62,867 nt of DNA, taken from IMG/VR virus record IMGVR_UViG_3300032050_000130, positions 1 through 62,867 of that record; one strand, 5' to 3'. The first letter of the stretch is position 1; every line of letters starts with the position of its first letter. This DNA comes from a virus (lineage: Duplodnaviria; Caudoviricetes). The notes under the pieces are model-generated. The model searched no databases. It was not told the origin of the DNA and saw nothing but the letters and a program-made list of their open reading frames with translations. Of the stretch, positions 38,401 through 47,802 are shown in pieces. The translations under genes and the position numbers were made by a program.

Positions 38401-40470
38401 TGCATATTGGATTGTTATTTTAGAAGTATCAATACCATTCTTTAATGCAAAATTACTTACAAGTGATGTAGAACTTACCGAACCACTTGCTACCAATGTA
38501 TCATATATCTGAAACTCTATTCCATTATCTGGTTGTAAAGAAAAATTAGGCCCTCTTAATGTATTACAGGTAATTTCTTCTTCACCAACAATAGTAACGG
38601 TTTCAATTATAGGTGTTGAAATAACTTTCGATACCCATAACTCTTGATTTGGCTGTATTGATGTTTCTAGTGGTTCGTATAACTTGTAAATCAAAGTGTT
38701 TCTATCACCCAACCAAGTTGTTATTACCTTATTGTTAGCATCTCCTAAATGTAATAAATGTGTAAGATATTTATTTGTTTCTTCATCAAATATTTTTGAT
38801 TCAAGTTGATTTAAGAACCCTTCAGCAATTCTATTAATTGCAACATTTCTAGGAATCTCTAAATCACTTTTTTGGAAATTAATAGAAATTGTTTCTTCTT
38901 TACCAACTACCTCTTTCTGTCCACTTATGTTATATGGGACAAGTTTTAAAATAATACTAATTACTTTATCATTTGCAGAAGTATCGTAATTAATATATTC
39001 AAGAAGTTTTTGAAAATTAAAACTGACATTACCACCCGCAGCTTGTCTGAAATATCCGGTAGAATTATTAATATATATTCTAACAAAATCAGTATTTACG
39101 GAATCATATGATATTTGAAAATCAACATTTGTTCCAGAATAATCAGCTCCTACTATTTCTTTAGGATATACTATGTTTCTTAAATCAGGAACACCAACAA
39201 ACACCTCATCAAATACCGGTATCGATAATTCCAATGGATTACCATCGATTGATACATTTTTAGGAACTAATATTAATTTATAATTTCCTATCGTATCAAA
39301 CGCCGAACCAGGAATTATTATCAACGTTTCATTCTGTGCACTATCCTTTGTAAAAGTATATTCTTTATCTTTAACGTAAGCGGTTATAGATGTTACATTT
39401 CCATTTGCCTTTACAACTAAAGGTAAATCTGCTTTTGAATTAATATTATATTTTAATAAAGAATCAGATGTTACAATAGAAAGTGAAGGTGTTGTAGTTT
39501 CGGTTATAGTTATTTCTTCAACTTCTACATTTAAAACTGAATTGGCGGTCAATGTAAATCTATAAACTAAATTTTCACCAGTTTCAGCTATAACAGGTGT
39601 ACCTTTACCATTTTCTGGAATATATTGAGCATTTAAAACTCTATAAAGTCCTGGGTTCGCACTTGATATTACAAAATCTGCGCCAGAATCTGCGATAATT
39701 GCAGTATTACCACTATTCAACAAGCTTCGTTCACTACCATCCGCCTTTTCTATATTAATCGCTCTATTTGGACCGGTAACGGAAACTACTAAATTAAACG
39801 TAGGTGTTTTTATTGCAACATCATCAACGGGTACAACTGGTAGTTTTGTATTTTTCGGAAAATTAAATGATAAATCTCTAACATTTTGATTATCAAAAGT
39901 TATATCCGAATTTTGTAAAACATCTCCAATATAATATTCTATTTTAAAAGAATAAGGTGGTGTTTTTGTAAAAATTGCCTTTTTAGCATCAGGTTCAACC
40001 GATAAAAATCCGTCTACATTTTTTAATATCGGCTCATAATTATTAAACGTTGTATCGCTAAAATTAGGATTTTGTACAACCGTAATTCTATAGCTTTCAT
40101 TTGCAAATACATCTCTTCTTTGAGAAGTAATTAATACTTGTCCTAATTTTAAAATATCACCTAAAGTATAAGATAATTTTGTAGGAGTTGTTTTAAATGT
40201 ATTTTCCCCATTTACAAATAGTGTAGCTCCACTTTCATTTGAATTGACAATAAAAATAAGATTACCATCCTGATTTATAGTGCCAGCTGTATTTTGTCCG
40301 CCTATTGGTACAATATCATTGTTATTATTCACAATGGCTGGCTTACCATCAGGCAAAATAACAGCATCAACCGGTTGTAAAGTATCAACTACCGATGTTA
40401 CATTCTGCTCCAATTGTTGTTTTATGAGCTCATCCGATTGTTCTATTCTATCGTCATTTAATCTTGCCAT
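35440..40470 (-). CDS. Large baseplate wedge protein (gp7/P2 gpI-like core plus beta-sandwich domains)
   Basis: IPEYI..FMDMLGQHFD and PYILKHKGTGRAMKAVMACYG; LamG-like YKGNVDEFRLW; position in the baseplate operon. Confidence 0.75.
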   Translation of the reverse strand: MARLNDDRIEQSDELIKQQLEQNVTSVVDTLQPVDAVILPDGKPAIVNNNNDIVPIGGQNTAGTINQDGNLIFIVNSNESGATLFVNGENTFKTTPTKLSYTLGDILKLGQVLITSQRRDVFANESYRITVVQNPNFSDTTFNNYEPILKNVDGFLSVEPDAKKAIFTKTPPYSFKIEYYIGDVLQNSDITFDNQNVRDLSFNFPKNTKLPVVPVDDVAIKTPTFNLVVSVTGPNRAINIEKADGSERSLLNSGNTAIIADSGADFVISSANPGLYRVLNAQYIPENGKGTPVIAETGENLVYRFTLTANSVLNVEVEEITITETTTPSLSIVTSDSLLKYNINSKADLPLVVKANGNVTSITAYVKDKEYTFTKDSAQNETLIIIPGSAFDTIGNYKLILVPKNVSIDGNPLELSIPVFDEVFVGVPDLRNIVYPKEIVGADYSGTNVDFQISYDSVNTDFVRIYINNSTGYFRQAAGGNVSFNFQKLLEYINYDTSANDKVISIILKLVPYNISGQKEVVGKEETISINFQKSDLEIPRNVAINRIAEGFLNQLESKIFDEETNKYLTHLLHLGDANNKVITTWLGDRNTLIYKLYEPLETSIQPNQELWVSKVISTPIIETVTIVGEEEITCNTLRGPNFSLQPDNGIEFQIYDTLVASGSVSSTSLVSNFALKNGIDTSKITIQYASGSEYLFENFINFSSATERVENFVYKVKLLEYYDSKISELSSNSIGETNEKKKFENASVEIKTNFDGYEKYLYYTTNEESNGLAYPKTNPSSSILINTTSSLFTLWYDTALDASIVFDKYNPNKISNNIPEYIIESEENKEFVIFMDMLGQHFDALWIYIKSLSKSKELYENSLYGISNDMVIHILESLGWNSKRAFDSNFLWEYVFGQYQDGRQKYSKSLKSANEEVWRRILNNLPYILKHKGTGRAMKAVMACYGVPQSMLTIMEFGGPQDPSKGGSTQFTFDDRTAAYYLSGSSSVKVPWVSSSLTNDYPNCIEFRIKPDTLPNTVYTLISGSEWSLDLVKTTGSFGKLELNFGGDQALAPYFAPTGPNTPYITSTIIYAYGPDYKTGSLDFPISTEHYSNVVINRHNYPGSTSLFEVWLGTSDGERIITSVSMSILSEDTQWGTGSYVQIGGNGYKGNVDEFRLWKVPLQRSKFNNHTLFPDAINGNSYTASTEDLLFRLDFEYPKDRNIDPYIKNVAINDTYGHNSATASFTYVAPNYPYQHTPYDRTVTATVPSLGFGYSNKIRFESASLVTDLSYKTRATKKSFDQSPIDSNRLGLFFSPIKEVNMDILKTFGDFNIDNYIGDYSDEYKDEYRTLSKLRNYYFQRMERNINEYIQLVRYIDKSLFDVLADLAPARAKISKGLLIEPHFLERSKTRWNRPSSERNDHESAISLMDTNQIDSSYEVKEGELNNQDIATLEGNLNNYDGIVNAGDVYELEGTNPNYEGLVDYNVTDMLEADAPFFDTFIQALQTGSNIVAEVDSFNSIQIGMDRNSLENLGFGLYAKNGSAVVRTWDGLFGNTETTGSRKSVFLVKEQTTKKISTQIAGYPVNGASPGDQVRYQDVPVTFDNYKVSVQPYGGSVTLGNGVVEATTINGYLPTHYKFKFMPEGLKRSYFKGSQQTVSTTPDGLSPVETFTTNPNILRVAKTGRGSGEPILEVD

Positions 40471-40485
40471 TTGGATATAAATATT

Positions 40486-41760
40486 TTATTCTAAAATCCT
40501 ATTTTGTACCGAATCCATTATATCAAATGAATTTCTATTATTTCCTTCTGCCTGACGATTATCAATCGCACGTCCTCTGCCTCTGAAAATTCCTCGTAGA
40601 GCGCCAATAGGTTTAGGTTCTACAACAATTTCTTGTGGTGGTTCTAATTTTGGTAAAACACCAACTTCATCTGCAGGCAATATATCAGTCTTTGGTATTA
40701 TGATATCGTCTTTAATAACATCCGATATCACATCTTTAATTGCCTTTTCTTTAATTACTTCTTCCGGTGGTGTTTCTTTTATTATAACCGCTATTTTCTT
40801 TTCTGGTATTTTTGTATCAATTTGTAAATCTGATGTCTTTGTTTGAATTATTTTTTCAACTTCATCCATACTTTGTATTGTTTGATTTACTTTAGAACCA
40901 AACGATACATTAGGTACTAACATAAATTTATGCAAAACATTTACCAAAATTCTTTCACATATTTTTCTTATATCATTTTTAGATAGGGTTATACTGTTTT
41001 TAACACCTTTTGGTTTTCCATAATTAATATCATTGATATCAGATATTCGGTTTGTAAATTCATATATCGTAGATTCCATGAACTTATTATAAATTTGAGT
41101 GCAAAATAAATCTAAATCTTTTAAATTATATTCTTGCACAAGCTTTTGTACCCATTTTTCAGAATATGTTGATTTCAAATAAGTACTAATAACTGATGGA
41201 TTAATTTTTTCGATATACTCAAAAATAGTTCGTATCGTATCATCTCTAAATTCCAAATCATTAACAAATGCGTTATATTGTTGCCCAAGTTCTGAAAATA
41301 AATCTATTCCCTTTTTGTGTACTAAAACGCGTATCTCCGTTCTTGATGGAGAAATTTCTTGAATCCAAACTTTATCAAATTCCTTATCACTGCCCAATCG
41401 TTTGTTAATTAATGTAATTTGTGTTTTAAAAATACCTGAATTATATCCGGCTTCTTTTATTAAACGATTTACATCTATAAAATATTCCGATGGGAATTTA
41501 TATTTTTGAAATAAAGTTCCTTCGGTTAATAAAAAATAATCTCTAATGTTTTGACCAGTTAAAGGTATATATCGTACGCCACCATAATTTTTTTGATTTA
41601 ATTGATTATCGTTTGCATCGTATATTACAAACTCAATATAATCATTTTCACTAATACCAAAAAAAGATTGTATATCAGATTCTTCAAAAATATTTCTGTC
41701 TTGTGGGTTTAGTCTATACCCCTTATTTTCAATTATTTCTTTAAATGATTTTATTGCCAT
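40486..41760 (-). CDS. Hypothetical baseplate-operon protein
   Basis: 424-aa ORF with IQEISPSRTEIR; translationally coupled to the upstream gene. Confidence 0.75.
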   Translation of the reverse strand: MAIKSFKEIIENKGYRLNPQDRNIFEESDIQSFFGISENDYIEFVIYDANDNQLNQKNYGGVRYIPLTGQNIRDYFLLTEGTLFQKYKFPSEYFIDVNRLIKEAGYNSGIFKTQITLINKRLGSDKEFDKVWIQEISPSRTEIRVLVHKKGIDLFSELGQQYNAFVNDLEFRDDTIRTIFEYIEKINPSVISTYLKSTYSEKWVQKLVQEYNLKDLDLFCTQIYNKFMESTIYEFTNRISDINDINYGKPKGVKNSITLSKNDIRKICERILVNVLHKFMLVPNVSFGSKVNQTIQSMDEVEKIIQTKTSDLQIDTKIPEKKIAVIIKETPPEEVIKEKAIKDVISDVIKDDIIIPKTDILPADEVGVLPKLEPPQEIVVEPKPIGALRGIFRGRGRAIDNRQAEGNNRNSFDIMDSVQNRILE

Positions 41761-42776
41761 TATCCTTCAAATTTATTACCTCTTTGTTTTTGTAGTCCAA
41801 CGGTCAATGTAACTGTTGATGATTTAGTTTTTGCTATAAATGAACCTTTATATAATTTATCCCTACTAGTTCCAACCGCTTTAGCAGGTGTTTTATCTCT
41901 AACAGCTCCCTTGTTTGGCGCTAGTAATATTATTTTCTTTGCTTTAGGTTCAAGTGTAACAGATGCTACTTTTTCTAAAGCATCTCCGGTTTCTCCAGTC
42001 GATTCAAATGAAACGGTTATACTTTCATTTGAAAAATTATATACCTCAACGTCAGGACCATTTATCCAAGTAACTTCACCTTTTGCATTTGCTCTTGAAT
42101 TGAATAAAATATCATCTCCACCTTCCTCTCCTTTTTTGATAACTTTAAGAGATACATCCATTCCAACTTTAGAACCTTCCGCAAGTTTCGCATCTTTACC
42201 ATCTAGCTTTTCTTTCAATTCTCTATTTTGTTCTTCTAAAGAAGCAATTCTTGCTGTCAATGATGCTCTTTGTATAGCTTCTGATGTTGCTTTTTGAATA
42301 GCATTTGAAAGGTCTACTACCGATGTTTCTATTTTTAACCCAATTTGTGCTGCATTGTTTTGTGATTGTGCTGCATTTAAACTCTGATTATCAACTTCTA
42401 TTCTTAAACTTTGTGTTACTATTTCTAATTCAGAAACCTTTGCAGTTAAATCCAATACAATTGTATTCAATTCAGTAACTTCTTCGGTTAAATCTATTAT
42501 AGATTGAGTTGCTTCATTATATATCGGACGTGGAACGGTATCATCTAACGGCGGTGGTTCTATTGGTAATAATTCTATGATTGTTGTATCGATAGATTTT
42601 AATACCTCATTCTCATCATATTTTGGTTTTGTAAGTTTACCAAAAATTATACCAGCTTCTAAATTTTTATCATCAAATATGTGGACACCTGAATTATTCT
42701 TTGTCTTAATCGCCAAAGAACCACTAATTAGTAATTCACTAACTTTATCCTCATTCTTTAATCCACTTTTTATCAT
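41760..42776 (-). CDS. Coiled-coil structural protein
   Basis: Central heptad coiled coil and a beta-rich C-terminus. Confidence 0.75.
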   Translation of the reverse strand: MIKSGLKNEDKVSELLISGSLAIKTKNNSGVHIFDDKNLEAGIIFGKLTKPKYDENEVLKSIDTTIIELLPIEPPPLDDTVPRPIYNEATQSIIDLTEEVTELNTIVLDLTAKVSELEIVTQSLRIEVDNQSLNAAQSQNNAAQIGLKIETSVVDLSNAIQKATSEAIQRASLTARIASLEEQNRELKEKLDGKDAKLAEGSKVGMDVSLKVIKKGEEGGDDILFNSRANAKGEVTWINGPDVEVYNFSNESITVSFESTGETGDALEKVASVTLEPKAKKIILLAPNKGAVRDKTPAKAVGTSRDKLYKGSFIAKTKSSTVTLTVGLQKQRGNKFEG

Positions 42777-42777
42777 A

Positions 42778-43851
42778 TTAATTTTTTAGAACAGTAAATG
42801 TAATATCTTCATCAAAATATTTCACATCACCATCCCCTCTATCTATTTTAAATTCAATTTTATAAACCCTATTTGGCTCCCAATTACTTAAGTTTAATTT
42901 AAAATAATTTCCACTAGTATCGCAACTTAATTTTGAATAATCTCCAAATGGAATTATTATATCTTCTGAATGGAAATCTTTTACTTGATAATATGATGAT
43001 GTTGGTAAATATTTTATTGTATTATACGCAAATGAATTTGAAAAAGTTTTTAAAGGAAATTGCTCTCTACCAAAAACTCTTATTTTAGGATTAGTGCCTA
43101 ACTTGTATTCTTTTTTAAAATTCTTCACACTAACAACAATATCATCACTTGTTAAAGGTGATAAAGAACCCACTACAAACAATTGGTCATCCCATCCTAC
43201 TCTAATCTTTGGTTGATGTATCGTGTTAGTTTCTTTACTAAATACTTTTATTATACCGTAATCTTCCGTATTATTTTCTACTTCACCGGAATGTTTAATT
43301 ACCATACCCTCATTTTTTATAGAACCACTATTCCATGCTCTCAAAAGAGATGTAACATCCATATGAATATCTGCGGTTTGGTAACTAAATGATTGGTTTG
43401 TAGATGGTGAAGAATACCAAACACCACCCTGGCCTTGAGATGAGCCAGTTGCATTTCCAGAAAATACACCAATTGGTAACCAATCTAAATTAGAATCACC
43501 TTCTCTATAATTCCACGTAACTCCTTGTGTCGTTACACCATCAAACCTAGTCCCAACTCCCATTTGCCAACTTTGAGATATTGGATATCCATATAATGTA
43601 TAATCCAAAGGAATTTCTTCACTTTCAGTTTCTCTTAATATTAGAGTAGCTTCAGTTAATTTCATTGAACCTTCTGCTATTGATTTTGATACAAATCCAT
43701 TTTCAAATTTTATTAAAGCTCTAGAAATATCTTTTATATTTCCATAGTAAATTTTACTTATTTCCATTACTTCATCTAAGCCACAATTTTGATTGGGCTG
43801 TTGGAGATATATCGCTGCATCTTTTGATGCTGTTAAAAAATAGTATGCCAT
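42778..43851 (-). CDS. Structural protein with a DNRLRE/CBM96-like domain
   Basis: ASKDAAIY...NCG...SRALIKF...ATLIL...VTW...MDVTSLLRAW...NEG...FSKE..PKI pattern. Confidence 0.65.
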   Translation of the reverse strand: MAYYFLTASKDAAIYLQQPNQNCGLDEVMEISKIYYGNIKDISRALIKFENGFVSKSIAEGSMKLTEATLILRETESEEIPLDYTLYGYPISQSWQMGVGTRFDGVTTQGVTWNYREGDSNLDWLPIGVFSGNATGSSQGQGGVWYSSPSTNQSFSYQTADIHMDVTSLLRAWNSGSIKNEGMVIKHSGEVENNTEDYGIIKVFSKETNTIHQPKIRVGWDDQLFVVGSLSPLTSDDIVVSVKNFKKEYKLGTNPKIRVFGREQFPLKTFSNSFAYNTIKYLPTSSYYQVKDFHSEDIIIPFGDYSKLSCDTSGNYFKLNLSNWEPNRVYKIEFKIDRGDGDVKYFDEDITFTVLKN

Positions 43852-45890
43852 TATCTTACTCTACCTTTAATGTCTTTATCTGGATATTTTACTTCGAAAA
43901 CCGAAGGGTCTAATGATGGATAAACAATTTTATCTTTGGTTGCCGCATCAATATTATACGAATGTGGAGTATATTCATCACCACATTTATTAGTTATTTT
44001 TATCATAGGAACTGATTGTACACCCTCTACGTTAGCAAGTAACAATTCAATCTCACTTAAATTAATAGTTTGATTAAAAGTCCAATTATCTATTATAAAA
44101 TATTCTTTTAATTCATTAATACAATTAATCAATACTTCACTTTTATTATATGATTCATAACAAATAATTTCAAAATCTATACCAATGTTTATGACAAATC
44201 CATCTAAAATATTAATACCATCTGTAAGAATTTTATATTCATTCAAATAAGTTTTAATGTTTTCTTTTAAAGCTCTATTACTATTTACACCTGTTAAATT
44301 ACCGTTTACATCGTATGCTAACAAATATAGATTTATTGCAAATGGATTATTTTTTTCATTTTCATTTGATGTTTTACCAATTAAAAATTTTGTAATATCT
44401 TCTTTAACACTAGCAACATCCGGTTCTTCATTATCTGGTTTATTTACAAAACTCATAACCAAATCGGTAAATTCTTGCAAACTATTTGGAGATGCCAATA
44501 TAGAGGCCGGAGAATTATTATCCAACGTACCATCAGCGGTTGCGTAAGATTTAGCAACAGCACCAAATTTTGGTGGCATCGATAATACTCTTACTTGATA
44601 ATCTTTTGTGGTTACTGCTCTATTTTGAGAACCAAAATTTGCTAATGCATTTTGTCTAATTTCTTCAATAGTTTCACCGTTTTTACCACCATACGCAGGT
44701 ACATCGTTATCAATTGCAACTGAACTTTTCATTTTAATATATAACGAAAGTTCGGTTGTTGAAAATGATGTAATATCCTCATCAAATTCTATTCTACTTA
44801 TAGAATTAATTGAATTCACTGGTGAATTTGATTGTACTCCACCACCGATTAAATACTTAACCGTCATTGTTGTGTTTGCAGGTGATGTACCGTATGTTTT
44901 TGTTTTTAAAAAATTAGTTGGGTCAAAAGATTCTTCCAATCTATTAATAGAGTTTGGCAATCCAAGACCTACATTTTTAAGATTAGGTATTAATAGTTCA
45001 TCGGATGCAGAAGGGTCTCCTGCGCCGAATTGTATTAAGGTTGTACCATCGGTGTTAATACTGGTTGTAAATCTTCTAGGCGTTTTTATTGTTTTTAAAA
45101 TATAAGGAACAGATGATTTAAACTGATATAAATCAGGATCTTTTGATTCTATATTTGGTTGCTCAATAAAAACCATTTCTTGTCCTAAATACGGAACTTC
45201 ATACCATTTGTTATTATTAGAATCTCTTACATCTAATATTTGAATCACATTTGATTCCGGTAACAATATTCTTTGATACGGTGTATATGAATTAAAGTCT
45301 ATTATCTTTTCAACTTCGTTGCCAGATATTGCATCTACATATTTTTTAATTAAATAAAACGTTGGTTCTCCGGTTATAGAATCTCTTTGATAAACAGTAA
45401 TTTCTCTATCAATTTCTTGAGAAAAATCGATAATATCTAAACTTATAAAATTTATTCCATTAGATGATGTAGCTTGTAATCCCGATTTAATTCTTAAATA
45501 ATATTTTTCATCCGGCTTATTATTTACTCCAGAACCTATTGCCGGTACCAGTTGGTACACCGATAATTTTACAGCAGCCGGTGATGTTACTTTTGGTTTA
45601 TATCCTAAAAATCTTGCTAAAGGAATTACACTTTGTATATCATCTGCATATAGCATTAATGATTGTTTAAATGTATCATCTATATAATAAGAAAGAACAT
45701 CCCCAACATAAGCTGCCATTTCAATAAACATTGTACCTGGCGATGCTTCACTAAAATCATTATATGTTTTAGGAAAGTATGTTTTTGCGTATTCTACGAG
45801 TCCACTTCTAAAGGATTCAAAATCTTTATTAAGATATTTTACATCCTTTCCTCTATTTTTAAAATTCTTATTTACAACATTTATTGCCAT
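43851..45890 (-). CDS. Baseplate wedge subunit (T4 gp6-like)
   Basis: KDFESFRSGLVEY, PGTMFIEMAAYVGDVLSYY, LGYKP, IQFGAG and QNRAVTTKDY. Confidence 0.9.
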   Translation of the reverse strand: MAINVVNKNFKNRGKDVKYLNKDFESFRSGLVEYAKTYFPKTYNDFSEASPGTMFIEMAAYVGDVLSYYIDDTFKQSLMLYADDIQSVIPLARFLGYKPKVTSPAAVKLSVYQLVPAIGSGVNNKPDEKYYLRIKSGLQATSSNGINFISLDIIDFSQEIDREITVYQRDSITGEPTFYLIKKYVDAISGNEVEKIIDFNSYTPYQRILLPESNVIQILDVRDSNNNKWYEVPYLGQEMVFIEQPNIESKDPDLYQFKSSVPYILKTIKTPRRFTTSINTDGTTLIQFGAGDPSASDELLIPNLKNVGLGLPNSINRLEESFDPTNFLKTKTYGTSPANTTMTVKYLIGGGVQSNSPVNSINSISRIEFDEDITSFSTTELSLYIKMKSSVAIDNDVPAYGGKNGETIEEIRQNALANFGSQNRAVTTKDYQVRVLSMPPKFGAVAKSYATADGTLDNNSPASILASPNSLQEFTDLVMSFVNKPDNEEPDVASVKEDITKFLIGKTSNENEKNNPFAINLYLLAYDVNGNLTGVNSNRALKENIKTYLNEYKILTDGINILDGFVINIGIDFEIICYESYNKSEVLINCINELKEYFIIDNWTFNQTINLSEIELLLANVEGVQSVPMIKITNKCGDEYTPHSYNIDAATKDKIVYPSLDPSVFEVKYPDKDIKGRVR

Positions 45891-45893
45891 ATG

Positions 45894-46325
45894 TTAGCTT
45901 CTTACTTTAAAATTTACATCAAATAACTGATTATTATAATCCGCTTGAAAAGTTATTTTTATTTCCAATTCTCCTCTATCTAACATATCTGGAGTAGAAC
46001 TTACTTCTATCTGCGAAATTGATACCTGCGGAATCCAGAACGCTATCGTTCTTTCTATTTCATTAAAAATTTTATTATTCAAATCTTCACTCTGTTGCTC
46101 AAAAATAAATTGATGTAGATTAGAACCAAAAAGTGGTTGATTAATTCTTTCTCCTCTTTTTGTTGATAATAAATTTTTTAAATTCGTTTTAAGTTGAGTT
46201 ATATTATCATATGCCAATTCAAATGTATTATTTGTCATAGCATATGGGTATTTTATGCCATATGCATAATCTTGAACATTTTTATTATTCCCTGTTACGA
46301 TATATTGCCCAACTATTATTGCCAT
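45894..46325 (-). CDS. Baseplate gp25/GPW-like protein
   Basis: LKNLLSTKRGERINQPLFGSNL..FIFE...WIP. Confidence 0.9.
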   Translation of the reverse strand: MAIIVGQYIVTGNNKNVQDYAYGIKYPYAMTNNTFELAYDNITQLKTNLKNLLSTKRGERINQPLFGSNLHQFIFEQQSEDLNNKIFNEIERTIAFWIPQVSISQIEVSSTPDMLDRGELEIKITFQADYNNQLFDVNFKVRS

Positions 46326-46825
46326 TATTTTTTCTTAAATCTTTTAACAAGTTCAGAATAATCTCTATTCAAAGCTTTATCCAATTCGGCAACACCAGTT
46401 TGAACACCCAATCCAGTTGGCTGTGGTCCTCTAGCTAAATCACCATATCCCATTTTATCAGCTATTGCAGTTCTACCTACAATTGAACCCATATCTGCTT
46501 GTCCAAAATTCATTGTTCTGAATCCACCATCACCGGTAGCCGGTGCTATTGCAGTTTCATTTAAAATTTGATTAATCATTGGGTTTTTACTAAATTGCTT
46601 TTGCTCTACTACTTTGGTTTGAATAGATTCTACTATCGTTTCATCTTCCATCATAGCTTTGGCCATTGATAATCCAGTATTTTTTGATTTAGTAGGTTGT
46701 TTTCCTTCTGATATTAGTTTTTTCATTTCGGCTCTTACAGTTTCCTTAATTAAGGTTGGTAATTGTTGTTTTAATTCCTCTTTTATTAAGATTTGTATGG
46801 CCTGTAATAGTTTATCAGTATTCAT
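46325..46825 (-). CDS. Hypothetical structural-operon protein
   Basis: 166-aa ORF ending in RDYSELVKRF; promoter motif upstream. Confidence 0.75.
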   Translation of the reverse strand: MNTDKLLQAIQILIKEELKQQLPTLIKETVRAEMKKLISEGKQPTKSKNTGLSMAKAMMEDETIVESIQTKVVEQKQFSKNPMINQILNETAIAPATGDGGFRTMNFGQADMGSIVGRTAIADKMGYGDLARGPQPTGLGVQTGVAELDKALNRDYSELVKRFKKK

Positions 46826-46879
46826 AATATTGATTTGTTATGTTTATAAATATTTAGATTGATTATTTTTGAGTTTATC

Positions 46880-47800
46880 CTAAAATGAGAAAACAGAACT
46901 ACCTATGACAATTCCTTTTTTTCTCAAATTTAATAGATAATCGTAACTTCTTCCTCGTATTCTAACTGGTTTTCCGTTTTGATAAATAATATTACCTCTA
47001 TCACAATTAACGTACAAACAATCATTATTAGAAGTAAAGTTTATAATTCTCTTATCTACATTTGGTAAAATATTTTTTATAGCTCCATATATTGATATTT
47101 CAATATTTCTAGTAGGGCCGTTTAAATAGTTTGGACTGGCTCTAAATCCATTTATAGAACTACCAGTTACGGCTTCAAACTGAAACTGTTGGGAAAGGAT
47201 ATCCGTAACCGTATCAAATTTAAATCTGGTATTACCTGCTCCTACTGGTGTAAATTTGGTTCTAACCCTATTTAATATAGCAGCCGCTACATATGCTTCT
47301 TCGGTTTGGTTTCTTCCTGCTTCTGAAAAGATTGCTGCAATAAAATTACTCCATTCTTCATCTGACATATTTCTACCTAAATAATTTTCTGCAATCTTTC
47401 TTGCATCTGTGCCACTTGCAACATACGATGTATTTGGAGTATTAGCAGTATTAATTGTTTTTGCTCCATTATAAATTGGTGCCGCTTCTACTTCGGCTGG
47501 GTATGCAACTGCAAATAATTGCTCAACATCTTCTTTGTAATATTCTATTTCAGCAAGTGTCAAATCACCAGTACTTTTAAACCCAGTAGATACGGCCGGT
47601 GCATCTGGTATTGATACGGATGGTTGCTCTGGCTCACATACATATCCTCTCCAAGATGCAACACTTGGTAAAGTAAGACCATTTGCAAATGTAGTAGTAC
47701 AAACGGCTTGTCCTTCTACCGTTAGTAGATGCTGTTTAGCCAATGATATAAAATCATTTACTAAAAGTTCACATCTATTGTTTGGTATAATTTTAGACAT
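46880..47800 (-). CDS. Baseplate-associated protein with a SleB/Hydrolase_2-like lytic transglycosylase domain
   Basis: AIFSEAG...VAAAILNRV...TVTDILSQQFQFEAV. Confidence 0.7.
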   Translation of the reverse strand: MSKIIPNNRCELLVNDFISLAKQHLLTVEGQAVCTTTFANGLTLPSVASWRGYVCEPEQPSVSIPDAPAVSTGFKSTGDLTLAEIEYYKEDVEQLFAVAYPAEVEAAPIYNGAKTINTANTPNTSYVASGTDARKIAENYLGRNMSDEEWSNFIAAIFSEAGRNQTEEAYVAAAILNRVRTKFTPVGAGNTRFKFDTVTDILSQQFQFEAVTGSSINGFRASPNYLNGPTRNIEISIYGAIKNILPNVDKRIINFTSNNDCLYVNCDRGNIIYQNGKPVRIRGRSYDYLLNLRKKGIVIGSSVFSF

Positions 47801-47802
47801 TT

